From Octopus sinensis (lineage: Eukaryota): a stretch of 64,000 bases of DNA. The notes beneath the pieces were generated by a model. The model was not told the DNA's origin and made no database searches. It was given only the letters and a program-made list of their open reading frames with translations. This document shows positions 1 to 11,407 of this stretch, one piece after another; positions within the stretch are counted from its first letter, which is position 1, and the number at the start of each line of letters is the position of its first letter. Made by a program: the position numbers and the translations under genes. Location: positions 12,772,001 to 12,836,000 of the forward strand of contig NC_043012.1 in NCBI RefSeq assembly GCF_006345805.1. The letters are read 5' to 3'.

Positions 1-45
1 CTGTGTACACACAGACACACACACACACACACACACTCATATATA

Positions 46-296
46 TACAAATTGAGATAGGGCTTATGGCCATATAGGACATTCGACTCACTAGAAAGAG
101 CAGCCAAAACTCATACCGCTAAATAGTTGTAATTGTGAAATAGAAAGAGAAATAAAAACTTTTACCTCTTTCATATCTGGACTATGCCTAGTTTCGGCAA
201 ACTTTGGTAAATAACTTAATTAAATTAAATTCATTTACATCTGGCGTGCCTCGTCAGCAGAGAGCCTAGGACGAGTATATCAACGCGCGGATACAC
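46..296 (-). mobile_element. Short non-coding Penelope-like (pLTR/retrozyme-type) element fragment carrying a hammerhead
   Basis: Contains a complete hammerhead motif on the minus strand and shares motifs (aattgag, agggctta, actca-tagaaa-agcagc-aaaa) with the 37328 element. Flanked by CA/TA and TATC microsatellites. Confidence 0.6.
166..264 (-). ncRNA. Type I hammerhead ribozyme, canonical core
   Basis: Minus strand: CTC-TCTG (stem I), CTGACGA core, GGCA...TGCC (stem II with internal AT-rich hairpin, plus 207-238), GAAA, ACTA-GGCA-TAGT (stem III), C17, then CAGA-TATGAAA-GAG. Predicted GUC cleavage between plus 180 and 179. Confidence 0.8.
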
Positions 297-369
297 ATAT
301 CAACTATCTATCATCTGCCTGTCTATCTATCTGTCTTTCGATCTATCTATACATACACACACACAAAGA

Positions 370-373
370 TATG

Positions 374-444
<71 letters not shown>

Positions 445-500
445 ACAGATAGGTAGGTAGATAGATAGATAGATAGATTGAGTGATTGATAGATAGGTAG
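370..500. repeat. (AGAT)n microsatellite
   Basis: Direct reading; source of spurious YLSI ORFs. Confidence 0.95.
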
Positions 501-509
501 ATGACTGAC

Positions 510-1085
510 TATAAAGTAAGCAACATTTTGAAACATGAAATTCATCACAATATCTTTCAGCAATGCCTAAATTATATTCGTCAAAGTAATACCATAACAA
601 TTAACGCTTTGTTACAAGTTTGTTTATTCTGGTATCATAAAAATCTGGATTTCCGGGGCTGATGAACTCTTGGAATGCACTTTAAACGTCGGTTTGATTT
701 TGGAACTCCTTCTCGTACAGGGGATCATGAAAGTGCTTGAAAAAGTGGTAGTCGGTAGGAGAAAGGGCGGGGGAATAATCTCTGTGTGGAAAAACGTCGT
801 AGCCATGTTCCCCCAACTTCTGGAGCGATATTATTGAAACGTGTGTTCGAGCATTATCATGAAGAATGATTAGCCCTCTTCTGTTAACCAGTCTGAGACA
901 GAACATTAATAGTTTATCGTTGATTTTGGCAATTTCATGGCAATATGTTTCTGCAGTCATGGTTTTCCTGGGTTGTAAGAAGTGATAATGGATGAGTCCA
1001 GCAGTACACCACCAAACAGTCACCATAACCTTCTGTTTGAAGTGCTCGGGTTTAGGGGAGGTTTTCGGAGCTTCAATTTGGTCCA
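510..1085 (-). pseudogene. Mariner transposase C-terminal fragment (Hsmar1/cecropia-like)
   Basis: EAPK..PKP..KVMVTVWW..GLIHY, LHDNARTH, YSPALSPTDYHFF, and a broken AFQEF..DFY..INKLV..YFD tail; contains stops and frameshifts. Confidence 0.9.
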
Positions 1086-2880
1086 TTTTTCGAGATACAT
1101 CAGTGAAAGGCATTTTCTCTCTACCGTTATTTTCCTCTTAAGGTGGTAAATGAGGAAACTAACTAAGGCTGGAGATGGTTATACCTGTCATGATTACTTT
1201 CACGTGGGTCTTCTATACCAGTTCTTCTACTATAGCGACCAAAGCAGGAAGAAAAGACTCACCTTCTTCGTTAAAAAGGGAGGGGAGACAATCTTTATAA
1301 TCGACTTCTAAGACAATTGTACTCTTCCCAGCCGTGACAGCAGGTGTTGAACGTACACCCACATTTCAGAAATTTTGGAGAACTATACAATCGCGTGCAG
1401 AACGGATTCCATGTCCTGCTCTCATGTTGGCCACATGGGTAAACAAGGGACACCATGAACTGATAAGGATCCTCGGTAAAACTGCCAGGACAGGGATCTT
1501 TGGAAGTTATCCAAGGGTCCTGGCTCGAATGTCCTTCGGAACAAGCCAGCTAGTTCGTCGCATTCAGCCGCTACAAACCCTCTACAGAGAAGCTAGGGGA
1601 CCTCACGACACTCCGCTTTCCAATCATCCAACTTTGGTCTACACTTGATCCAAGGTATAGTTCATTCAAAGTAGTAAGCTCAGGAAGTGACGACCGAACG
1701 AACAGAGAGCACACCTGCTCACCATCCGAGTAGAGCTACAGATACCTCAGCTTCCCCGCATGGCTGCATATCAACATTGAAGGCATCCTAGCCAACAGTT
1801 TAGCGGGTGCTGGCAGCAGACAGCCTTTTACAAGAAGACTTCTACACCTCTACAAAAAGCGGAAGGGCAACCGCTCCAACTTGATTAGCCAGAACAGGGA
1901 CTGACACGACGATTAGGCGGTAGGTAATCGAAGAAGCGATAAAAACACCTGAGACCTCTGCCCTTCTTTTCAGGAATAGCCGCAGCTCAGACCACGTCTG
2001 AGTTAGGTGGTTCACCCTGCCTGTCACCTCGCTGTAATTCTTCTAAATTCGGAGGTCTAGGCCAAAACAAACACATAGCATTTTAACCGGCTCTTCCGTT
2101 CAGCGGCCTACGACGTTGTTGGGAGGTATCATCTTGCCTCTCCAGGAGCTGAGTTGCAAACCACCCGACGTATCCCGGTTATCTTTTGCTCCTGTCACCG
2201 ACTCGTAGTCCTTTATGGCGTTGTCTACCCTTAATAGGTGTACTATCTCGGATACGATGATGGTGATGTTCTCCGCGTACGCCGAAACCTTCCTACTGCA
2301 ACTTAAATCGAGCTCTCCAGCCTCCGCAGTAATGGCTCAAGATCCAACACATGCTGAAGTGGGGAGAGAAGACACCCTTGACGAAAAGAGCGCTTGATAT
2401 CGAACGGCTTCAAGAAGAACCAGTCCACCCGAACGATCGTGTCGATGTTACCGTATAGAGTAATGATTCTCCCACGAAAGACGGGGCCGAGCCCGAATTT
2501 TGCGAGGACCGACACCAGACAGCGATGGTCAACCCTGTCAAATTCTTTGGACTGGTCTAAATGGACCAGAGCCGCACCCTTGCCAGGAGATCCGTTAACC
2601 CTCTATAAAGTGCAGCGTAGAAGATGGAGATTATCATGTATGGCTCTGCCGGGAACGGCACAAGTTTGTGCCTCCCCGTCGATTCCACCCACGACACGTG
2701 CCTGTCTTTTTACTAACAACTTCACCAAAATCTTCAACTCTGTGTTAAATAGAGTGATGGGCCTGAAATTATCAATAATATCCCCCTTGTTTTGTTCCAT
2801 TCTAAGCAGCGTCACCACTACCCGGATCGCAAATTCTGAGTGTAAATCAGTTGTTGCCATTTGGCAAAGACCTGCATGAG
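1085..2880 (-). mobile_element. Tx1/L1-clade LINE, decayed RT and C-terminal region
   Basis: VVTLLR..NKGD.IDNFRPITL.NTELKIL, QTCAVPGRAIHDNLHL, RQGCLLSPL..VL.LEPLLRRL, FIASSITYRL, and C-terminal HLKRK..VER..LS...EKW. Confidence 0.85.
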
Positions 2881-3299
2881 GTTGATGTAGTTTTTTTCTA
2901 AACAAAATTTCCGTCTGTCCAGAGTTCCGCCAAGAAGCAACATGGGCTCCAATTTGATAGAGTCCTCTGTTAAATTCTGTAATTGCAACAAGATTAATCA
3001 AATTGTATGTCATTCTCCGTCTCTCAAATCAGCTACGCACTACACCAGATGTTCCATTTGCTTATAATAATTGTTCACTTCATCTTCAATCATTTCCAAC
3101 GTAATTATACACACGTTCTCTAATGAGATTACAAGTACTTCAGTAAATATTAGTTGCGATATAGACATATGGCAATTAAGTATGAGTAAGACAATCAATT
3201 CTGTATTATATAAAATAGCAGTTACAGTATAAGGAATGGTTTCGGTGAGATTCTATAGAACAGCATTGTGCAGGAGGAAAGTTGCATGAAAGCAACGAT

Positions 3300-3320
3300 G
3301 TATATATATGTATATATCTA

Positions 3321-3387
<67 letters not shown>

Positions 3388-3390
3388 ATA
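3300..3390. repeat. (TATC)n microsatellite
   Basis: Direct reading. Confidence 0.95.
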
Positions 3391-3784
3391 TTATATACAC
3401 TATCCATATATACCGTTTGTATCCTTTATTAACGCAAGTGAAATATGGAAAGAAAGCGATGTTTCGGGAAGAAACATTAACAAGTTGTATAGAGTGGGAA
3501 GCCCAAAATATTTGCATACACTTATTCTTAATCTTGTTGTCTTAACAATATGAAATATTCGTTGCGTTGACTACATTCGTTAAACTGTTTTAAACTTCTT
3601 TTTCACGACACTTTCAAAAATATAAAAAAGCTGCTCTTTTGATTTTAAAAAAGCTGTCATAACTACTTAGCAAATTGTCATGTATGATCGAATTTGAAAT
3701 TTAAATTTATTTATTATAGATCCAATTATCTAAGCGTAATTGAAATTTCCTCGATATTATTACCTTGAAATATATGAGAGAGGA

Positions 3785-3875
3785 AGAATTCATTCAGTCA
3801 TTAGAGCGCCCACAAGAATCCTCAGCGGCTTTGAACGTTCCTAGATCAAAATCTGCTGAAGTCAATTTGCCTTCT
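3785..3875 (+). mobile_element. Degenerate SINE fragment
   Basis: tcaaaatctgctgaagtcaatttgccttc matches the core of the SINE copies at 22316 and 29268. Confidence 0.55.
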
Positions 3876-3977
3876 ACACGCACGCACACACACAAGACAT
3901 ACACATATGCTAGACACACAGAGACACACAGATACAAACAAACGCGCGCGCACACACACACATACACACACACACAT

Positions 3978-4010
<33 letters not shown>

Positions 4011-4061
4011 CACACAGTTATATATATATATATATTTGTATGTACATATATTACTGCGTTA

Positions 4062-4275
4062 TAATTTGGCTTGTTTCTGTTATTAGCTTGTGGTCATGAT
4101 GGGGGCAAGACTGACAAATTTTAGCTGAATAAAATGACACCTTTGCTTGATATCTGTAAAGACCGGTACATGTTTATCAATGTCTTTCACCGAATCGCTA
4201 AGTTACGGGTACCAAGACACACCAAAACCGTTTGTCAAGCGGTGATTGGAGAAGAAGAGAGAAAAACGACACACT
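4062..4275 (-). mobile_element. 3' half of composite SINE (family of 36148-36588)
   Basis: Reverse-complement similarity to 36390-36580 (ccgaatcgctaagttacggg...tgtcaagcg). Confidence 0.75.
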
Positions 4276-4786
4276 CACATGATGTTCTTAATTGGCCATA
4301 AATACATATAACTATATATATTTATTTATATATATGTATATGTGTGTGTTATATTCACACTCTCAATGAGATGTTACTGACTAATGCATCTCTCTTCGGA
4401 AGTTGTCAGGGTGGATCAGTTGAAAACATCCCGAACTCGAACCGACTTTTATGTTCAATGTTCATAACTATATCACATGCGATAAAATGCAAGCGTTCCA
4501 ACAACTGAAGAAGAATGGCCAAAATCTCGATACAGCCTTTCCTGGTATACTATACTCAAAAAATAACCCATCACATACAGGCGTATCACCTGCCTTCCCA
4601 AACAACACCAGAGGGAATAGATTGATATATGCAAAAAAAAAGAAAAACGTACATTTCAAGCATCTATGAGTAGGAAGTTTTGTGTAGCCTCGTGTTTACG
4701 AATTTGAATCTTTGAACGAGAACACAATTCTGTTTGAATGACAAATAATTGTAAACACGAAGACGCTAACATTATCTGTAATATAA

Positions 4787-5775
4787 TATCAGGTCAACCC
4801 GTAATTTTTTAAATTTAAATAAAATTTAATAGTATTTTAGAATGTCTAATGGAATTAAAATTATTCTTATTCATTTGTGTACATTTAAACTAATTAAATA
4901 TTATTTTACAAAATAATAGAATTAAAATTTCTTTGATTAAAACACTTTCTAACATGGAAGTATCCAAATAGCATTTGAGGCACATAATGCTTTATGAGTA
5001 TAAAAAAGGAGACTCTGCGGCGTAAGCGATTCGAAAAATCCTCTCAGTTTACGGGAAAAAATGCTTGAATGAAAGAACTTGCAGAAGATGGTTTGCAAAA
5101 TTCAGAAGTGGAGATTTCAGACTTGAAGATGAAGATCGAACAGGACGTCCAGTTGAGTTTGATGATAAGTTCCTTGAGGCATTACTTGAAGAAAATCCTG
5201 CATTATCAGTTGAAGAATTGACAATAAAGCTTAGTTCAAACCATACAACTGTTCATCGCCATCTTCAACAACTTGGAAAGGTTCCTAAACTTGGAAAATT
5301 GGTGCCTCATGAATTATCCAAAAGCAACCGTAAATCCCGAGTTAACATCTCGCGAACTAATTTCAACCATTTTGGATAGACTTGTGACTGGTAACAAAAA
5401 ATGTCTCTTCTATCGAAATGTTAAAGGTCGTAAACAGTGGCTTGGTAAAAAGGGAAAAGCTCAACCACAACCTAGAAGGAATCTTCATAGGAAAATGTTT
5501 TTTTCTCCCTGTCTGGTGGGATTGCAGAGGTGCTATTCACTTTGAATTGTTACCACCTAATGCAACAACCAATGTTCAAGTTTACTGTCTGCAATTAGAG
5601 CGCTTGAACCAGGCTTTGATGAAAAAAAGAACCGCTTTAGTGAATCGAAAAGGAGGGATGTTTCATCAGGACAATGAGCGACTCCACACTGCAAAGATCA
5701 CATCACAGAAGATCGAAGAGCTTGGTTGGTCAAAAACAAAATCCTCATCCACCTTATTCTCCCGACCTTGCATGC
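4787..5775 (+). pseudogene. Mariner element, 5' TIR plus disrupted transposase, 3' truncated
   Basis: ATG at 4954 (MEVSK*HLRHIMLYEYKKG), WFAKFRSGDF.LEDEDRTGRP, LVPHEL, VTGNKK, FHQDN..HT, ends at HPPYSPDLA-like sequence. TIR start tatcaggtcaacccgtaa. Confidence 0.92.
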
Positions 5776-6609
5776 TATTGACAGAATCTTGTCGAGAATT
5801 GTCCTTGAAGTGAAAAAAAAGATTAATTATTTTGCTGTAAGCAAAAAGAAATTAATTCTGGTATGGAACAATTTAATTGCTAGTTGCAAAACAGCGATTC
5901 ATCATTTGATTTCAACTTACACTATATTTAATCGCCTAAAACAAAATATATTTCATTTTAATATGCTGTCGAAATGTCTATATTGATTAGATATAGCAGA
6001 TATGCGAAATTTGAAGTTTATTTAACTAGATTCTCATGTTTTTACAGAAATGTGTTATTCACGTCTAATAATTCAGACAAGTGTATAATGTAATTTTCCG
6101 TACAATCTCACTGATCTCTGCTCTATATTACCGAAAACTTTTAAATCGGGTTCAATGTATTATCTAGGTGATGAAATTTCCAAACTTGGTATTAGCAGTG
6201 TCGTGAATAGAAATTTTAATGAGAGAGGGATCACGAGCAGTGATCTATTTAACACAACTTCCACGTTTGAATTGTAGAACATTGGGGCTAGTAAATAGCA
6301 CATTGAGCGATATAATTAAATTTTAAATTCTGTGTGACGAATATATGAAAATAAAATGATCGATATAACAGTGTTTATATTACTAATAGAGCAATTTATA
6401 GAGGCATTTAAAATAAAGTGCATGAATCATACAGAGTGTTAAATAGGGTATCGTGAGGCCTTTATTTGCAAGTCTTTGTTTCATTTCTCCTTTATAGGGA
6501 AAATAAAGTGATATTCAAGAAGCACCGTATCAATATTCTGTAGGCTGAAACAAAATTAATTTCATAATAATTATAATGTCACTGAGATCTGTAAATGATG
6601 CGAATCAGC

Positions 6610-6663
6610 TACACACACACACACACACACACATACACACACATACTTGCATACATACAGAAA

Positions 6664-6707
<44 letters not shown>

Positions 6708-6770
6708 TTGCATACATACAGAAACACACACACAACGCATACACTCACAAACACACACGCACACACACAT
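6610..6770. repeat. Interrupted (CA)n tract with an internal ~50-bp duplication
   Basis: Direct reading; catacttgcatacatacagaaacacacac occurs twice. Confidence 0.9.
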
Positions 6771-7019
6771 ATAATATCGAACCAAACAGCAGAAAATGTC
6801 AGTGTAAAGTGATACTGAATGTGTTGAAGTGTATTCGGATCTCATAAAAAAACATTTCCTTCGCAGATAGCCACCTGAATAATTTTTCACACCTGTCTAG
6901 GTGTGAAATGTTCTTCAGGGAAACGTTTGATTATGTTCTAAAACAGCAAATACGATTTCAATATATATATACATATCTATGTATATATCTGTATATATTT
7001 GTATATTTACATATATATG

Positions 7020-7053
<34 letters not shown>

Positions 7054-7264
7054 GTTATCGCCATACTAATATGGCATTCTTATAAAAATAAGAAAAAAAG
7101 CTGTCCGCTTGTTAGCTCCATGAGGCCATCGCCTTAAGTTAGCTATTTGATACACAAACTGTATCCATATAACCTTCGAACAAGGGAGGTCAGTCGCTCC
7201 ACACTACTTGACCGGCAGCTAGGTAAATAAAACCATCGAACAGAGATTGTCGGAAGCGACACCT

Positions 7265-7326
7265 ACTGGCTGGCTACGCTGCATTGAAAAGGGGCAATAC
7301 CCCGAAACGCGTCTGTAGCTGCCGGT
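7265..7326 (+). ncRNA. Minimal type I hammerhead ribozyme with U3-A8 core (copy 1)
   Basis: ACTGGC-tggctac-GCTGCA, TTGAAAA core, GGGG-CAATA-CCCC, GAAA, CGCG, T, C (7313, cleavage), TGTAGC-t-GCCGGT. Stem III is the palindrome ACGCGT. Confidence 0.75.
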
Positions 7327-7627
7327 CAAGTAGTGTGGAGCGACTGACCTCCCTTGTTCGAAGGTTATATGGATACAGTTTGTGTATCAAATAGCTAACT
7401 TAAGGCGATGGCCTCATGGAGCTAACAAGCGGACAGCTTTTTTTCTTATTTCTATAAGAATGCCATATTAGTATGGCGATAACTATTATTTTCCGCGAAC
7501 GCTGCCGCTGTTCTCTTTTAAAGAGACTTAGTTATTTTAATATTTCTATTATTGAAAACAAGTGGATGTATTCCACCGAAGCTAGGTAAATAAAACCATC
7601 GAACAGAGATTGTCGGAAGCGACACCT

Positions 7628-7689
7628 ACTGGCTGGCTACGCTGCATTGAAAAGGGGCAATACCCCGAAACGCGTCTGTAGCTGCCGGT
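7628..7689 (+). ncRNA. Minimal type I hammerhead ribozyme with U3-A8 core (copy 2)
   Basis: Identical motif 363 bp downstream; predicted cleavage after 7676. Confidence 0.75.
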
Positions 7690-7905
7690 CAAGTAGTGTG
7701 GAGCGACTGACCTCCCTTGTTCGAAGGTTATTGGATACATTTGTGTATCAAATAGCTAACTTAAGGCGATGGCCTCATGGAGCTAACAAGCGGACAGCTT
7801 TTTTTCTATTTTTATAAGAATGCCATATTAGTATGGCGATAACTATTATTTTCCGCGAACGCTGCCGCTTTTCTCTTTTAAAGAGACTTAGTTTTTTAAT
7901 ATTTC

Positions 7906-7909
<4 letters not shown>

Positions 7910-7971
<62 letters not shown>

Positions 7972-8118
7972 CATATATATATATATGTATATGTATATGA
8001 TATATAATATAATATAATATATATATATGTTATATATAGTATATATATATGTATATATGTATAGATATATATATATATATATTATATTATATATATTATA
8101 TATATATATATATATTAT
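7910..8118. repeat. Interrupted (TA)n microsatellite
   Basis: Direct reading. Confidence 0.95.
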
Positions 8119-8387
8119 ATCGCTGTTTCGATTCCCAGACCGGGCCTGTGTGTGTTTATTGAGCGAAAACACCTAAAAGATCCACGGGGCTCCGACAGGG
8201 GTGGTGGCGACCCATGTTGTACTCTTTCGCCACAACTTTCTCTCACTCTCTCTCTCTTGCTGTTTCTTGAGTAACGCTGCGATGGACTGGCGTCCCGTCC
8301 AGCTGGGGGGAACACATAGGCCACAGAAACCGGGAAACCGGGCCCATGATTCTGGCTAGGCTTGAAAAGAGCGACGTTTATCGTTTT
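8119..8387 (+). mobile_element. tRNA-derived SINE, 5' truncated
   Basis: B-box-like gtttcgattcc; ~110 bp shared with the SINE at 60072-60369. Confidence 0.75.
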
Positions 8388-8964
8388 ATAGGCAGGCATA
8401 TCAAATGCCACAAATTCGAAGTAGAAAATAGACAATAGAATTCGACAGACATCCCTGAGCATGCTGACATACATGCGTATGTATACACGGACAGACATAT
8501 TCATACATACTCATACAGACAAACATGCTCATATCTATCTATATTTCTTTCTATCTACCTATCACTGTAATTATTCACCTACAGCAAAAATTCGTTACAA
8601 TAATTTTTTCATTAAAACATTTCTCATACGAAAACATTTGTAGTGTGAAAATAATATCTTGTATTTTTAATTTCACATATCTAAGTACATAGAAAAATAC
8701 AATTTACTTGTTATGCTTTTTATGAACTATGCGTATGTGTGTATGTGTCTGTATGTGTGCGTGTGTATGTTTATAAAAAAATGTGGATTTTCAAACTGCT
8801 CCCGTTATTTTTCAAACATGTGTGTATGTATGTGTTCGCACACTACAATATGGATGTACTTATGTGAAATTTTACGTGTCTATGCGCGCTTTTCTTTATG
8901 TTTGTATATCTCCCTACATTAATTATACAAGTAGTGCAATAAAATTCTTACTCAGCCATCAAGA

Positions 8965-8977
8965 TATAGATAGCTAA

Positions 8978-9051
<74 letters not shown>

Positions 9052-9061
9052 CGATAGATAA

Positions 9062-9096
<35 letters not shown>

Positions 9097-9097
9097 T

Positions 9098-9155
<58 letters not shown>
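8965..9155. repeat. (AGAT)n microsatellite
   Basis: Direct reading. Confidence 0.95.
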
Positions 9156-9157
<2 letters not shown>

Positions 9158-10330
9158 TCGCGATGATTGATCTTTAGCAACTACACACATTTTTTTCTCT
9201 CCTTGTTTTTTTCTGTGTCCCTTTGTATAGAAAAGCGTAGGCTCGAAACGTAAAAGACTTTTTCTATTCCCGAGTGTTATACTAATACATCTATTTGTTT
9301 TGTACACCACCTGTCTTCGTCTTTTTTTTTTTCGTAAACTCTCCCATAGATAGATAGGTTGATAGATAGATAGAGAGAGGTGTGTGAGAGAGAGAGAAAA
9401 ATAGAGCGAGAGAATGTGAGAGGGAGTGAGAGAGAGAGAGAGAGAGAAAGAGAAAGAAAGGTACAGAGAAAAAGAAAGCGATGGACAATAAAAATCCAAA
9501 TAATCAGACACGCTCACAGACAATGGACAAATCAAACGGAACCAGAACCAATGGGACATATTAAGAAACAAGCAGGAAGTGATACCCGCCAGAAAAAAGT
9601 CTACTGACCCGAAAAAAGTGCTGTTAATTATAAATGTTCATTGTAGTATTATGATCACATATATATCATATAGAAATGTTTAATTAATATGCTTTACAAG
9701 CTGCAATGCATTGCTATGAAATTCGACAAATCTCCCGCTAATTTGTCTGATATTTGAGGTTAAATTACAGGAAAAAGCTGTAGGCAACAGCGAATATTAC
9801 TGTCAAATTCTGCAATAGAGATTGTCCTCCAATTTTAGATGAGAAGAGATCTGATTGGAGTATTACAGATGTTTGCTTTTTGGATAGCGGTTGTCTATAT
9901 TATATAATATGGAACAGTTGTTTTGTGGACAAAAATATAGCTTTACATCTTTCTCTTGATCAGTTTACAAATAAATAAGTTCATTTGTGTATATGTTTGA
10001 GTTTATGTACACGAATACGTATGAGTGTCTCTGTGAGTGCTGGCAGGAATGTGTATTTACGGATGCATATGTACTCGTGTATATATTCGTATAAGTTTAT
10101 ATTAACGTATACATATATAACAAATTGCGTTTTAAAATCATATTGTTATAAAAATCGAAGAAAACCTTAAAGCAAAAATAGGTTATAAAGAAGGAAAGGG
10201 CCTGAATACCTATCGTAAATAATTAGCTGAAAAATATTAAAAAATTAATAATAAAACGTTATAATCGTTAAAATTTTTTTCGCGCTAAATTATATATACA
10301 TGAGAGTATATACACATACAAAACAATATG

Positions 10331-10376
<46 letters not shown>

Positions 10377-10640
10377 CTAATCCTACAGCTGCAGGTACAT
10401 GGCTACATACATATACAGACATATATAGGCAAGACATAAATATATACAAATGTATATATAAATCCATCCATACACGCACGCGCACAAAATATCCTGGCGT
10501 ATGTTTTTACGAGCTCGTTGTTACAGGCGAAAGAAAGTAAAGGAAAAACATTCAGATAATAAAAATAACTAGGATTGGGAGAAAGAAAACAGTGGAAAGA
10601 AAGAAAGAAACAGAATTAAAAGAAAGAGAAACAGAAAATT

Positions 10641-10679
<39 letters not shown>

Positions 10680-10680
10680 G

Positions 10681-10950
10681 AGATGGGAAAAAATAGAACG
10701 GGATAGAGAGTGTGAATTGACGGCCTCCGAAAAGCATCAAACGAACACATACTAAACGGACACATAAAATTTCATGTATATCTACATAAATACAAACATA
10801 CATACAAATACACACATATAGATACGCATAAAAATATGCAAAAATATATTCCCAGATATGTAAAAGTATATACACATATACTTACATATATATGTGTGTG
10901 CGTGTGTGTTTGTATGTGTATATAAATATCTATCTATCTATCTATCTATG

Positions 10951-10985
<35 letters not shown>

Positions 10986-11220
10986 GTATCTATATATATA
11001 TATATATAGATATATATATATATATTTGTATATTGTATGCCTATCTATGTGTGTATGTATTTGTATGTATGTTTGCATTTATGTAGATAGACATGTAATT
11101 TTATGTGTGTGATTTTATATGTCCGTTTCGCAAGCTGCGTAAGGTATCTAACCTTTGGAAGATACTTTTCGAACTCCATCAATTCACACTCTCTATGTCT
11201 ATCTATTTTCTCCCTTTCTC
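10681..11220. repeat. Diverged inverted repeat (arms ~10681-10849 and ~11021-11220) around a microsatellite spacer
   Basis: gagagtgtgaattga..cgaaaag.atc..aaacggaca..taaaat..catgt.tatctacataaat is found in reverse complement on the right arm. Confidence 0.75.
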
Positions 11221-11340
11221 TCTTGGGGCAACGTGAAATGATGTGTTTTGCTCAAAAACACAACGTGCCACCCACTCCGAGAATCTAACCCTCAATCTAG
11301 GAATTTTGGTTGCAGCAGCTTAAACACAAGGCCACACCCC
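11220..11340 (-). mobile_element. SINE head remnant
   Basis: tgttttgctcaaaaacacaac...aaacacaaggccacac pattern, read as a reversed tRNA-like head. Confidence 0.5.
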
Positions 11341-11342
11341 TT

Positions 11343-11407
<65 letters not shown>

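Larger units (their letters stand above)
7048..7910 (+). mobile_element. Non-autonomous Penelope-like/retrozyme-like element: inverted partial copy plus ~1.9 tandem 363-bp units, inserted in (TA)n
   Basis: 7048-7221 is the reverse complement of 7316-7489; 7218-7550 recurs from 7581; each unit holds a hammerhead motif; (TA)n on both sides. Confidence 0.75.

Noticed and set aside
327-600. YLSI/HT/YI/poly-L,V,I,N ORFs here and throughout the track
   Set aside because: They are translations of tetra-, di- and trinucleotide microsatellites.
2880-3280. Possible 5' half of the interrupted mariner beyond the Tx1 LINE
   Set aside because: Only a vague AITEFNRG resemblance; no convincing TIR or HTH alignment.
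3765-3875. Exon-like frame EEEFIQSLERPQESSAALNVPRSKSAEVNL
   Set aside because: The nucleotides match a degenerate SINE core.
9221-9257. Hammerhead-like agc-gtag-gct-cgaaacgta
   Set aside because: The CUGANGA core is absent (tagaaaa) and pairing is out of register; at best a decayed motif.
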